A DNA stretch of 64,000 nt, taken from the NCBI GenBank assembly GCA_963668695.2, contig CAXXLQ010000004.1, positions 2,688,001-2,752,000 on the forward strand, read 5' to 3'. Below are positions 29,752 through 39,347 of this stretch, piece by piece; position 1 is the stretch's first letter; every line of letters begins with the position of its first letter. A program made the position numbers and the translations under genes. Under the pieces are notes generated by a model. That model was not told the origin of the DNA. It did no database searches and worked only from the letters and a program-made list of their open reading frames with translations. This DNA is from Vicinamibacteria bacterium (lineage in GTDB: Bacteria > Acidobacteriota > Vicinamibacteria > Marinacidobacterales > Marinacidobacteraceae).

Positions 29752-32318
29752 TCCGGCTGCTCCTCCGCGCCGCGCCGGCGCGCTTTCGGGCGGCGCCCGC
29801 GCTCGGCGCGCTGCCCATCGCGGTAATCGCCCTCGGCGCCGGTGCGGTGCTCTCGGTAGGGCTCCTGAACCGCGCGGCGCTCGAGACCCTCGACGCCAGT
29901 CTCGAGGTCCTTTCCGGCAGCGCCGACCTCGTCGTTACCGGGCTCCTGGAGGAAGCCGGCAGCGTCCCCGACGACGCGTGGCCGGCCGTCCTTGCGACTC
30001 CAGGTGTTCGGCGCGCCGCGCCCGTGATTCGTCTGGCCGGGTTGTGGGTAGGAACCCGGGAGCGCGAGGCGTCGGTTCCCGGGTGGGGCGTGGACATCGC
30101 TTCCGCATCCTTCAGTTTCACCGGTCCACAGGAGGCGGGCACGCGCCTTTCGCCGGGCGTGTTCTTCGCGGGCGGCATTGTCTTGCCGGGGCCGGTCGCC
30201 GACCGGCTCGGCGTCGGGGTTGGCGATCCGGTCTGGATCGGCGGAGTCCCGGATCAGGGGCGGCGGCGCCCAACGCTGGTGGCGGGGACTTTCGCCGCAG
30301 AAGATGCGCGCGCCGCCGCGTTCCTGGACCTCGCCTACGCCCAGGCGCTCCGCGGAAAGGCCGGCTTCGACCGGATCGAGGTGTCGGTGGCGGAGGGATT
30401 CGACGTCGAGGCCGTCCGAAGTGCGCTGTCGGCCCGGATTCCGGGAGTGCGGGTCGAGGAGAGCGGCACCCTGCGCGCCGAGGGTGCGGAACTCTTCTCG
30501 GCTTTCCGGCTGAACCTCCTGGCGCTCTCCGCGGTGAGCCTGCTGGTGGCCGCGTTCCTGGTGTACGCGAGCGTTCGCGCGGCACTCGCCGCCCGCCGCC
30601 AGGAGATCGGGCTCTACCGGGCGCTCGGGGCCTCGGCGCGGCGGGTGGGGGCGTTGCTCTTCGGCGAGGTGTTCCTCATGGCGCTGGTCGGCGCCGCCCT
30701 CGGCATTCCGGTAGGAGCGCTGGCGGCCGGAGCTTCGCTGGATCGGGTGAGCGCCACGATCTCGAACCTGTACCTGCTCGAGCGGATCGAGAGCCTCACG
30801 ATCGATCCGCAGGCCGTGTTCGTCGCGGTGCTGGTGGCGGTGCTGGCCGCGCTCCTCGGTGCGGCGCCGGAGGTGTTTCGGGAGGCGTCACGCCCGCCGG
30901 TGGCGCTGCTCGCGCCCGGACGGGTGTCCGCGTCCCCGGCGCGGCGCCGGTGGTGGCGCCTTTGGCCGCCGGTCGCCGGGACGGCGTTGATCGGGGTGGC
31001 GGCGTGGGCGCTTTTTGACCCCGGAAGCTGGCCGGCCCGCCTGGGAAGCGGTTTCGGGGCGGCCGGAGCCCTTCTCGTGGGCGCCGCGCTGCTCCCGGAC
31101 TCGGTCCTTCGACTGGGCGCGAGGTTCCGGGCGGGGCAGGGCTCCGCGGTCGGCCGCGGCGTTCTCGCCGCCCTCCGGGAGCCGGGCTCCACGGGACCGC
31201 CGGCGGCGGCGCTGGTGGTGGCGGTCGCGATGCTGGTCGGGGTCAGTTCCCTGATCGGGAGCTTCCGGGCCACCCTGGACGCCTGGCTCGGCGAGACCCT
31301 GGCCGCGGACGTCTACGTGTCCCGGGCGGGAGGCCCGGGGCGGATCGCGGCGGAACGCCGGGCCTTGTCCCCTGAAGTGTTGTCGGTTACCGCCGCGGAT
31401 CCCGACGTCCGGGACCGCGATCTGCTGCGTGCGCTCAGGATTCGTCTCGCCGGACGTCCGGTGTCGGTGCTCGGAGTGGATGCCGCACTGCCGGACGGCG
31501 GGGAACGGTTCTCGATTCTGGGGGATCGCGAGACCGCCCTCGCCGGATTCCGGGCGGGAGATGTCCTGGTGTCCGAACCGCTCTCCCGGCGGCTCGACCT
31601 CGCGGCCGGCGACCGTTTGCTGCTCCCGACGGGTGATACGTCCGGCGCCGAGGGCCACCCGCTGCGGGTCGCCGGCGTCTATCGAGATTACGGGAACGAG
31701 ATGGGGGCTTTCTTTCTGGACCGGGGCCTCATGAACCGCCTTTACCCTCCGGAACCGGGAACGGATGCGCCGGTCCACGGGACAGCTCTCTACCTTCGGG
31801 AGGGGGCGGATCGCGCGGAGGTGGTCACCCGCCTGGAACGAACTCTCGGGCCGAGCGCGAATGTCATCGACAACGCCACGCTCCGGGCGCGGGCGCTTCG
31901 GGTCTTCGACCAGACGATGGCGGTGACCGGATTGCTGCGCGTCTTCGCTCTGGTGATCGCGGCGCTTGGGATGGGGCTCTTCCTGTGGACGCTGGTGCGG
32001 GAGCGGCTCCCCGAGATCGCGCTCAACCGGGCGCTCGGAGCGAGCCCGGCCCAGGTGGCCTACGCCTTCCTCGGCCGGGCGTTCGTGATCGTGGGGCTCT
32101 CCCTGCTGATCGGGGGCGGCGCGGGCGCGCTTCTCACCCTGGTGCTGGTAAACGTGGTGAATCCCGGGTGGTTCGGCTGGACCCTTGAACTGCACTGGCC
32201 GGTGGGGACCCTGCTGGCGCAGTCAGCCGCGGTGCTGATCGCGGGACTGCTGGCGGCCGTGCTCCCCGCCCGTCTCGCTTCCCGGGTGGACGGGGCGGCG
32301 CTCCGCCAGGAAATCTGA
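29748..32318 (+). CDS. FtsX-like double ABC permease (AttF/G-like)
   Basis: Two ..EIG/ALxRALGAS permease halves; VNPGWFGWTL. Confidence 0.88.
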   Translation: MIRLLLRAAPARFRAAPALGALPIAVIALGAGAVLSVGLLNRAALETLDASLEVLSGSADLVVTGLLEEAGSVPDDAWPAVLATPGVRRAAPVIRLAGLWVGTREREASVPGWGVDIASASFSFTGPQEAGTRLSPGVFFAGGIVLPGPVADRLGVGVGDPVWIGGVPDQGRRRPTLVAGTFAAEDARAAAFLDLAYAQALRGKAGFDRIEVSVAEGFDVEAVRSALSARIPGVRVEESGTLRAEGAELFSAFRLNLLALSAVSLLVAAFLVYASVRAALAARRQEIGLYRALGASARRVGALLFGEVFLMALVGAALGIPVGALAAGASLDRVSATISNLYLLERIESLTIDPQAVFVAVLVAVLAALLGAAPEVFREASRPPVALLAPGRVSASPARRRWWRLWPPVAGTALIGVAAWALFDPGSWPARLGSGFGAAGALLVGAALLPDSVLRLGARFRAGQGSAVGRGVLAALREPGSTGPPAAALVVAVAMLVGVSSLIGSFRATLDAWLGETLAADVYVSRAGGPGRIAAERRALSPEVLSVTAADPDVRDRDLLRALRIRLAGRPVSVLGVDAALPDGGERFSILGDRETALAGFRAGDVLVSEPLSRRLDLAAGDRLLLPTGDTSGAEGHPLRVAGVYRDYGNEMGAFFLDRGLMNRLYPPEPGTDAPVHGTALYLREGADRAEVVTRLERTLGPSANVIDNATLRARALRVFDQTMAVTGLLRVFALVIAALGMGLFLWTLVRERLPEIALNRALGASPAQVAYAFLGRAFVIVGLSLLIGGGAGALLTLVLVNVVNPGWFGWTLELHWPVGTLLAQSAAVLIAGLLAAVLPARLASRVDGAALRQEI

Positions 32319-33640
32319 TGCCGTGGAGCGCCGGTGTTCACACCGGCATCGCTGCCCGGAGGGCAGCGAAACTCCCCTCGGCCACTCCCCGTGGTGCGCG
32401 GCCCGGGCATTCCGTTGTCGACCGCCCATTGTTGTCGGTGGCGTTTTTTTTGGTGCTCCTCGGGGTGCTCCTCGGGGCGCTCCTCGCGCCGGCCCCCATC
32501 GCGGCGCAGGAGTGGCAGCCGGCGACCCCGGGTTATCCCTGGGAGTTCCCCGACGATCACTGGGCTCACGTCGGATACCAGACCGAGTGGTGGTACTTCG
32601 TGGGCTTCGCCGAAAGCGCGGACGGGTCTGAGCGCTTCGCCTGGCAGTTCACGCTCTTTCGGACCGGGCTGACGCTGGTGGCGCCCCCCGCCGCGCCCTC
32701 TCCCTGGCGTGCCCGGCACGTAGCGATGGGGCACGCGGCGGTGGCCGATCTCGGGAGCGGGGAGCGGGTCTTCACCCAGACCATCCACCGGGAGGCCCCC
32801 GGACTCGCCCGCTTCGGGGTCTTTCCGGACCCGGAGATCGCCTGGATGCACGGCCCTCCCGGGACGGCCGCGCCCTGGTTCCTTGCCTACCGGGACGGTG
32901 CGTTCGCGTTCGGCGCCGCCGATGCCGAACGGGGACTCCGGCTGGAACTCGCCGCCGTTCCGACGCGGGAGCCCCTGCTGCACGGCGAGGGCGGGCACTC
33001 GCCCAAGTCGGAAGGGGGGGCGGCCAGCTACTACTACAGCCACCCGCGGCTGGAGGTGACGGGCTCGCTCGGGCTCGGCGAGAAGAGGGTTGAGGTCACC
33101 GGCACCGCCTGGATGGACCGGGAATTCGGTTCGGCGTGGCTTGCCCCCGATCAGACCGGATGGGATTGGTTCGGTCTGAACCTCGGGGACGGCCGTGACC
33201 TGATGCTCTACCTGCTTCGCCGCCGCGACGGGTCCTTGTCGTACCTCGACGGGATGCTCCGCGGTCCGGGTCCCGATGCCGGCCTCCGGCTGACGGATGC
33301 GGAGGTCGAAGTCCTCGGCACCTGGATGCCGCCCGATCTCGAATCGAATCCGGGCCACTCCCGCGCCTATCCGGCAGGCTGGCGCCTGCGCCTCCCCGGC
33401 GAAGGGCTCGATCTTGAGGTGTACCCGCTGCTGGCGGCCCAGGAAAACCGCCGGCCGCCAGGACAATCCGGCCCGGACATCCCCTATTGGGAGGGCGCGG
33501 TGCGGATCGAGGCCGCCGGGGCCCCGTTTGGTCGCGGCTTCGTGGAGCTCACCGGGTACCGGGAAGATGTCGGGTTCGGGGGGCTGGCCCCGGATACAAT
33601 CGGAACTCCGCCCAGTGCGCGGCAAGGGAGCGAAAACACC
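32318..33640 (+). CDS. AttH/CrtC-like lipocalin domain; no stop codon, reads into puuD
   Basis: EWWYF, SYYYS, AWMDREF, GWDWF, YWEG, GFVELTGY. Confidence 0.82.
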
Positions 33641-34411
33641 ATGATGGACGGCCTGCAGTTCATTTTCCGATGGCTCCATGTGTTCGTAGGGGTCATCTGG
33701 ATCGGCCACCTCTACTTCTTCAACTTCGTCAACGCTCAGATGACCGCCAAGCTCGACGGGGCCACGAAGGCGAAGGTCGTGCCGGAGTTGATGCCGCGCG
33801 CCCTCTACTGGTTCCGTTGGGGCGCCGCCTGGACCTGGATTACGGGAGTCGTGCTGCTCCTGCTCGTCTTCTACCACGGAGGCCTCACCGAACTCGGGAG
33901 CGGCGGCGCCATCGCGATGGTGGCGGTTACCTTCCTCGCGGTCTTCGTCTACGACGCCCTCTGGAACAGCGGGCTGAAGTCCAACGTGCGGGCGGCCGCG
34001 ATCGTGTCGTTCCTGCTGCTCTCGGTTTCCGTCTGGGCGTTCGTGACCATCGGCGGCTTCGATCCGCGCTCGGTTCTCATCCACACCGGGGCCATGTTCG
34101 GGACCATGATGGCGTTCAACGTCTGGTTCCGCATCTGGCCGGCGCAACAGCGCATCATCGCCGCGGTCAAGGCCGGCGACGCTCCGGCGGCTGCCGACCC
34201 GGCGCTGGCCGGGCTGCGCTCGAAGCACAACACCTACATGTCCCTGCCGCTCTTGTGGGCAATGCTCAACGAGCACGCCACTCCCTTCTTCGGCGGGAAC
34301 TTCGGGATTCCGGGGGACTACTACTGGGTTGCCTGGCTGGTGATCGTGGCGATTGGCTGGCACGTGATCTTCCACTGCTACCGGATCGCCGGCCGCGTCT
34401 CCGGGATGTAG
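33641..34411 (+). CDS. puuD: Urate hydroxylase PuuD-like membrane protein
   Basis: RWLHV..G..WIG, WFRWGAA.TW.TG, M.FNVW..IWPAQ, RSKHNTY; own RBS AAGGGAG. Confidence 0.85.
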   Translation: MMDGLQFIFRWLHVFVGVIWIGHLYFFNFVNAQMTAKLDGATKAKVVPELMPRALYWFRWGAAWTWITGVVLLLLVFYHGGLTELGSGGAIAMVAVTFLAVFVYDALWNSGLKSNVRAAAIVSFLLLSVSVWAFVTIGGFDPRSVLIHTGAMFGTMMAFNVWFRIWPAQQRIIAAVKAGDAPAAADPALAGLRSKHNTYMSLPLLWAMLNEHATPFFGGNFGIPGDYYWVAWLVIVAIGWHVIFHCYRIAGRVSGM

Positions 34412-34476
34412 ACGGAGAACGGCCCCGATCGTCCGCTACGGCACAGTGACGAGGCGGTAGGGGATCGTCAGGGCTG

Positions 34477-35490
34477 GTGCGAATCACCGCCAAGGGACCG
34501 GGGACCGGTGTACGGGCTGCGGCCCGCCGGATCGCCCTACTGCCGCTTGCGCTCGGCATCCCTCTCGGCGCCTGTAGGTCCTCCCCGGAGGAATCCGAAT
34601 TCCCAACCGGTCCTATCGAGATCGTTTCCTGGGCAACCGTTGGCGGTCCGAGCGACCTGCTTGCGCGAGCGCTGGCGCAGGCGGCGCCGGACTACTTCGG
34701 TGGCCGGCGGGTGAGCGTGCTCACCCGGCAGGGAGGGGCGGGCGCCGCCGGGATGCAGTACGTCAAGAGCCGTGCCGGGAATCCCCACGTGCTCGGAGTG
34801 TTCACCGCGAGCGGCACCGTGAACATGGCCACGGGACGGATTCCGTTCACGCCCGGTGATTTCACTCCGATCCTCAGGATCCAGGTGGACCCGTTCCTGA
34901 TTGCGGTGCGGGAGGACAGCCCGTTCCGGACGCTCGACGATCTCTTCGGCGCGGCGCGGGCTCGGCCGGGAGAGGTTTCGGTGTCCGGCTTCGGGGCCGC
35001 TTCCGCGCACTTTTTGGGTTTCCAGCGCCTCCGGGCGGCTGCCGGCGACCCGGATGTGCGCTGGATCGCCTACGAGGGTTCCGGCGATGCGGCGGTGGCG
35101 GCACTCGGCGGCCACACCGACGCTACCCACAACAACTACAACGTCATCCGCGAGCATGTGCGCGCCGGGACGATGCGGGTGCTGGCCGTGGCCCTGCCGC
35201 TGACGGCGCTGCGGGACGTTCCGACCTATCAGGAGGAAGGCTACGACCTGGCGCCGGTTCATTGGCGGGGGGTGGTGGGGCCGCCGGGACTCTCGCCCGA
35301 GGTGCAGGCGGATCTGAGGGACCGGCTGCTCGCGACGATCCGGACGGCCGGCTTTCAGGAGTACATGGCCCGGGCCGCCATGGAGTACGCGGTCATGGAA
35401 GATTCGGATGCTTTCGGGGACTGGATTCGAGAGGAAGTCGGGACCAACCGGTCGCTGCTCGAGCGGCTCGGACTCCTCATGAATGAGTGA
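34477..35490 (+). CDS. tctC: Tripartite tricarboxylate transporter substrate-binding protein
   Basis: GGPSDLLAR, GGAGAAG, YEGSG..ALGGH, WRGVVGP. Confidence 0.85.
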   Translation: MRITAKGPGTGVRAAARRIALLPLALGIPLGACRSSPEESEFPTGPIEIVSWATVGGPSDLLARALAQAAPDYFGGRRVSVLTRQGGAGAAGMQYVKSRAGNPHVLGVFTASGTVNMATGRIPFTPGDFTPILRIQVDPFLIAVREDSPFRTLDDLFGAARARPGEVSVSGFGAASAHFLGFQRLRAAAGDPDVRWIAYEGSGDAAVAALGGHTDATHNNYNVIREHVRAGTMRVLAVALPLTALRDVPTYQEEGYDLAPVHWRGVVGPPGLSPEVQADLRDRLLATIRTAGFQEYMARAAMEYAVMEDSDAFGDWIREEVGTNRSLLERLGLLMNE

Positions 35491-35926
35491 AGTCAGCCGC
35501 CGTTCGGGGTCCTTGGTGGAGGCCGGGCTGCTTGCCCTTCTCGGGGCAGGGGTCCTCTTCGACGCCCACGGCTATCCGCTGGCGCTTGGCCAGGGGTCAC
35601 CGGGTCCGGCCTTCTTCCCCCGCCTCCTCGCCGTCCTCCTGATCGGGTGCGCCGCGGGGCTGGCGGTCCGGGCGTCGCGACGGCGCGAAACCTCCGCTCA
35701 ACCGGGTGGCGGGGCGTTCCGGCTCGCCGGGGCCGCCGCCTGGGTCGCCAGCTTCCTCCTCGCCCTGCCGCTCCTCGGGCACCTCCTGGCGCTTCCTCCA
35801 TTGGTCGCGGGGCTCATGTGGCTCTTCGGAGAGCGCTCGCCGCGAACCCTGGTTGCCGTGCCCGTGACCTTTGCCGGCTTCGTCCATCTGCTGTTCGTCG
35901 TGACCCTGGGCGTGCGCCTCCCGTGA
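35483..35926 (+). CDS. tctB: TctB family membrane protein
   Basis: PGPAFFP; four TM segments; LGVRLP end. Confidence 0.85.
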   Translation: MSEVSRRSGSLVEAGLLALLGAGVLFDAHGYPLALGQGSPGPAFFPRLLAVLLIGCAAGLAVRASRRRETSAQPGGGAFRLAGAAAWVASFLLALPLLGHLLALPPLVAGLMWLFGERSPRTLVAVPVTFAGFVHLLFVVTLGVRLP

Positions 35927-35927
35927 G

Positions 35928-37412
35928 ATGACTTTGTTTCTGGAAGGCCTCCTCACCGCCCTGCAGCCGCAGAACCTGGCGGTCCTGCTCGGCGGCAGCG
36001 TGCTTGGCGTCTTCGCCGGCGCCGTGCCCGGCCTCAGTTCCACCGTCGGTCTGGCGCTCGTGCTTCCGGTCACCTTCGCTCTGGAGCCCGTACCGGCGCT
36101 CCTCATGATGATCTCCATCTACATGGCGGCAGAGTACGGCGGGTCGATCACCGCGATCGCGATCGGGGTTCCGGGGAGTTCCCCGGCGCTGGCCACGACC
36201 TTCGACGGCTACGCGATGACCCGCCGCGGAGAAGCCGGACGCGCCTTCGGGATTTCGCTCTTTGCGTCCATGAGCGGCGGAATTCTCGGAACGCTCTTGC
36301 TGGTGGTGGCGCTCGGCCCCCTATCCCGCGCCGCCATCGCCTTTGGGCCCCCCGAGTACTTCGGTCTCGGGGTGTTCGGTCTGGCGATCATCGCCAACCT
36401 GGTGGGCAGCGATCCGCTGAAGGGGGTCATCAGCGCGCTACTAGGCCTCATCGCCTTCATCGTCGGCCTCGACGTTCTCACGGGGGCGCCCCGCCTGACG
36501 CTGGGAACGACGGTCCTGATGGACGGACTCGGGCTCGTGCCCATGCTGATCGGTTTCTTCGCGATCGCGGAGGCGCTGGACGCGATCGCCCGGCGCCGTC
36601 CGCGAGTCGAGGCCGCCAGCGGAATGGGGGGCGCGCTGCCGAAGCTGGGAGAACTCCTCCGCCTTTGGCGGCCCATCCTCCGGGGCTCGGCGATCGGCGG
36701 AATCATCGGCGCGATTCCGGGGGCCGGTGCGACGATCGCGTCCATCGTCGCGTGGAACGAGGAGCGCCGCCTCTCCCGAACCCCGGAACGCTTTGGCACG
36801 GGAGCGCCCGAGGGTATCGCGGCCCCCGAGGCAGCCAACAACGCCTGTGTGGGTGCGGCCATGATCCCACTGCTGGCCCTCGGCATCCCCGGTTCGGCGA
36901 GCGCCGCGGTACTCCTCGGCGGACTTACGGTGCAGGGCGTAGCGCCGGGGCCGCTCCTGATGACCGAGCAGGCGCCCCTGGTTTACGCGCTCTATGCCGG
37001 ATTCATGGTGGCGGTGGCGTTCATGATGGTTGTGGGCCGGCTCGGAATCCCGCTCTGGGTGAGGGTGGTGAGCATCCGTCCTCAGATCCTCATGCCGCTC
37101 GTCGTCGCTATCTCCCTGGTCGGCGCCTTCGTGCTGCGGGGCAATCTGGCGGATGCGTGGTTCGCGCTCTTCTTCGGGCTCGTCGGTTTCGCGATGCTGC
37201 GGCGCGGGTATCCGCTCGCTCCGGCCGTGCTCGGCCTGATTCTGGGGCCGATGGTGGAGACGAACTACCGCCGGGCGCTGGCGCTGTCTTCCAGCTCGCA
37301 CACGGTCTTTCTGGAGAGTCCCATCAGCCTGGTTCTGCTGCTGCTGGCCGTGGCCAGCTTCGCGGCCCCGGCCCTCCGCGGGCGGTTCCGGCTCGGGAGC
37401 CGGCCGCACTGA
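35928..37412 (+). CDS. tctA: TctA family permease
   Basis: YGGSITAI, TFDGY, GIAAPEAANNA, LGIPGS. Confidence 0.92.
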   Translation: MTLFLEGLLTALQPQNLAVLLGGSVLGVFAGAVPGLSSTVGLALVLPVTFALEPVPALLMMISIYMAAEYGGSITAIAIGVPGSSPALATTFDGYAMTRRGEAGRAFGISLFASMSGGILGTLLLVVALGPLSRAAIAFGPPEYFGLGVFGLAIIANLVGSDPLKGVISALLGLIAFIVGLDVLTGAPRLTLGTTVLMDGLGLVPMLIGFFAIAEALDAIARRRPRVEAASGMGGALPKLGELLRLWRPILRGSAIGGIIGAIPGAGATIASIVAWNEERRLSRTPERFGTGAPEGIAAPEAANNACVGAAMIPLLALGIPGSASAAVLLGGLTVQGVAPGPLLMTEQAPLVYALYAGFMVAVAFMMVVGRLGIPLWVRVVSIRPQILMPLVVAISLVGAFVLRGNLADAWFALFFGLVGFAMLRRGYPLAPAVLGLILGPMVETNYRRALALSSSSHTVFLESPISLVLLLLAVASFAAPALRGRFRLGSRPH

Positions 37413-37566
37413 GGGTTGTTCTCGCCGGGGAACGCGCATCCAGTTCGGCGACGCGATCGGTCAGGGGGCACCACCGGGAGAACTGGCGCCGGCCTCCAGG
37501 CCGTCTTCGCCCGCCGGCGGCGGGCGAGAACGCGTACTGCCCCGCGCCCTTAGCTGAACGGCAGTC

Positions 37567-38586
37567 TCAGCAGTCGTTCGCCCTTCGTTCGAGGTCGGCG
37601 CAGGCGTCCATGAGTTCGTCGAAGGACTCCGCGTCCTCGGGGAGCATGCCGGCCTGCACCATGGCACGGTAGTCCTCGGCCAGCGTCTCCCGGCCGGCAC
37701 CGGAGGGCACGAGTTGCAGGCCGCCCGACACGGCGTCCTCGTATGAAATCCAATGATCCGCGACATCCTTCTCTCGGAAGAAGATGGCCTTGTGGCGCGC
37801 GACGCTCGAAGCGAGCGTGCGGTCGGCCAGCGCCTTCTCCGCAAAGCCGGCGCGGTCCAGTCGAACGAGGTCATGCCAGTGCCGGGTCAGGCGGTCTCCC
37901 CGGCCGCGCGCTCGCTTGCAGAAGACGTGCATCGCGGTCGCCTTCTCCCAGAACGTTCGCTCGGCCAGCATCACCGAGGGCCGGGCCTCGGGAAACGAGA
38001 TCTCCGGCAGAAACGGTGCCGCCTCACACCGCACCGGTCGGACTTCGCAGGGCTCGCCGGTCGAGCGTGCTCCGAATTCCACGACGACTGTGGGTTTGAC
38101 GAATTCGTAGCCCCGAAAAAGAGGTTCGTATTTCACCAGAATCCGGTCTCCCGAGGTGTCCGCGCGGGCGTCAAATCCGGCGCGCGCGAGACCGTCCGCG
38201 ACCGCGGCCCGCCCCTCGTTCCGGACCCAGGAGGCGAGCCTCTTCCGGACCTCTCTCGTCCACCGCTGCTCCTGACTTCGCGTAGGCGGCAACGCCTCCG
38301 GACCCGCGTCTCCGACCAGGTCCGGAGCGATGGCTCGAATGTCGTAGGTCACGTCCACGTCCTCCGAGAAGCGCTGGATCGCCCCCCAGGCCTTCGATAG
38401 CGAAGTTCCGCCTTTGAAGACGAGATCCCCCGCGAAGGGCGCGCCAAACAGGGCTTCGATGGTGGCTACCACCCAGATGTCTTTTTCCAGCAAGTACTCC
38501 GCGCCGCTCGGTCCGGACCGAAGGGCGGTTCTGAGCGCCTCGGTCCGCTCGTTCGACGAAAGGGACGCAAACCGGACGTCAGCCAT
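37567..38586 (-). CDS. AbiEii/AbiGii nucleotidyltransferase toxin (type IV TA)
   Basis: LEKDIWV, VFKGGTSLSK, RFSEDVD, ERTFWEK, RHWHDL. Confidence 0.9.
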   Translation of the reverse strand: MADVRFASLSSNERTEALRTALRSGPSGAEYLLEKDIWVVATIEALFGAPFAGDLVFKGGTSLSKAWGAIQRFSEDVDVTYDIRAIAPDLVGDAGPEALPPTRSQEQRWTREVRKRLASWVRNEGRAAVADGLARAGFDARADTSGDRILVKYEPLFRGYEFVKPTVVVEFGARSTGEPCEVRPVRCEAAPFLPEISFPEARPSVMLAERTFWEKATAMHVFCKRARGRGDRLTRHWHDLVRLDRAGFAEKALADRTLASSVARHKAIFFREKDVADHWISYEDAVSGGLQLVPSGAGRETLAEDYRAMVQAGMLPEDAESFDELMDACADLERRANDC

Positions 38587-39175
38587 CGGCCATTTCCGTG
38601 GTGATCGCTGCCGCCATCCAGGTCGGCAGGATCGGGCGCGCCCCGAGGAGTTCGGCGCGGTCCTCGGCCGCGAGTTGAGGCAGGACCCGCCCGAGGTTCT
38701 CCCGGACCTCCTCCCGGCCAAGCCAGTGCAGAGCCCGAATGACCTTGCCGGCCGGGCGATGCGGCAGGGTGAGTTGCCAGCGCGGCGCGTGAACCAGTCG
38801 GACTCTTCGGGCGCCAAAGTACAGCTTACGGCCCGGCCCGGAGGTGAGGCAGGTCGGGACTACCTGGTTCTGGGTCGTGAGCCCCAGAACATTGGCCGAG
38901 GCTCCGCCGTGCGGGACGATGGCCTCCCCCCAGAGTCTTGCGAGGGCGTCGAGCGATTTCGCAAGATCGGGGGAAGCGATTCCGAACCGAGTCCGGATCG
39001 TGCGCATATAGATCCCAGGGAAGATTCGGTCGAGCCGCTCCTCCCGGGCCAGCCGTGAAAGTGCCTGGTCGACTGCGGCTCGGCTTCCGAGGTCCAGAAG
39101 CGCCTTCGCGCAGATCGGCGTCGCTTCGGGCAGGGCTTCCGCCCGTTCCATGATGCGTTTCGCGATGCTCGGCAT
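38579..39175 (-). CDS. AbiEi-like (DUF6088) antitoxin
   Basis: RAAVDQALSRL, SANVLGLTTQ; overlaps the toxin start. Confidence 0.85.
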   Translation of the reverse strand: MPSIAKRIMERAEALPEATPICAKALLDLGSRAAVDQALSRLAREERLDRIFPGIYMRTIRTRFGIASPDLAKSLDALARLWGEAIVPHGGASANVLGLTTQNQVVPTCLTSGPGRKLYFGARRVRLVHAPRWQLTLPHRPAGKVIRALHWLGREEVRENLGRVLPQLAAEDRAELLGARPILPTWMAAAITTEMADG

Positions 39176-39186
39176 TTCGTCAGTCG

Positions 39187-39220
39187 GTTTGTCAGAAATA
39201 ATAGTAGATATCTGACGAAC
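39187..39220. promoter_or_regulatory. Inverted-repeat operator of the AbiE-like operon
   Basis: GTTTGTCAGA...TCTGACGAAC with AT-rich spacer just upstream of the antitoxin. Confidence 0.65.
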
Positions 39221-39347
39221 ACCCCCCGCTGTGACGCCGACGACCGGCGACTTCGGCCCGCTGCGTCCTTTTGCTATCCTGCGACGCGCTTTCCCGCTGG
39301 CGCCGGCGCTGCGCGGCCGCCTCCAACCCCCGAAGAAAGGAACTGCC

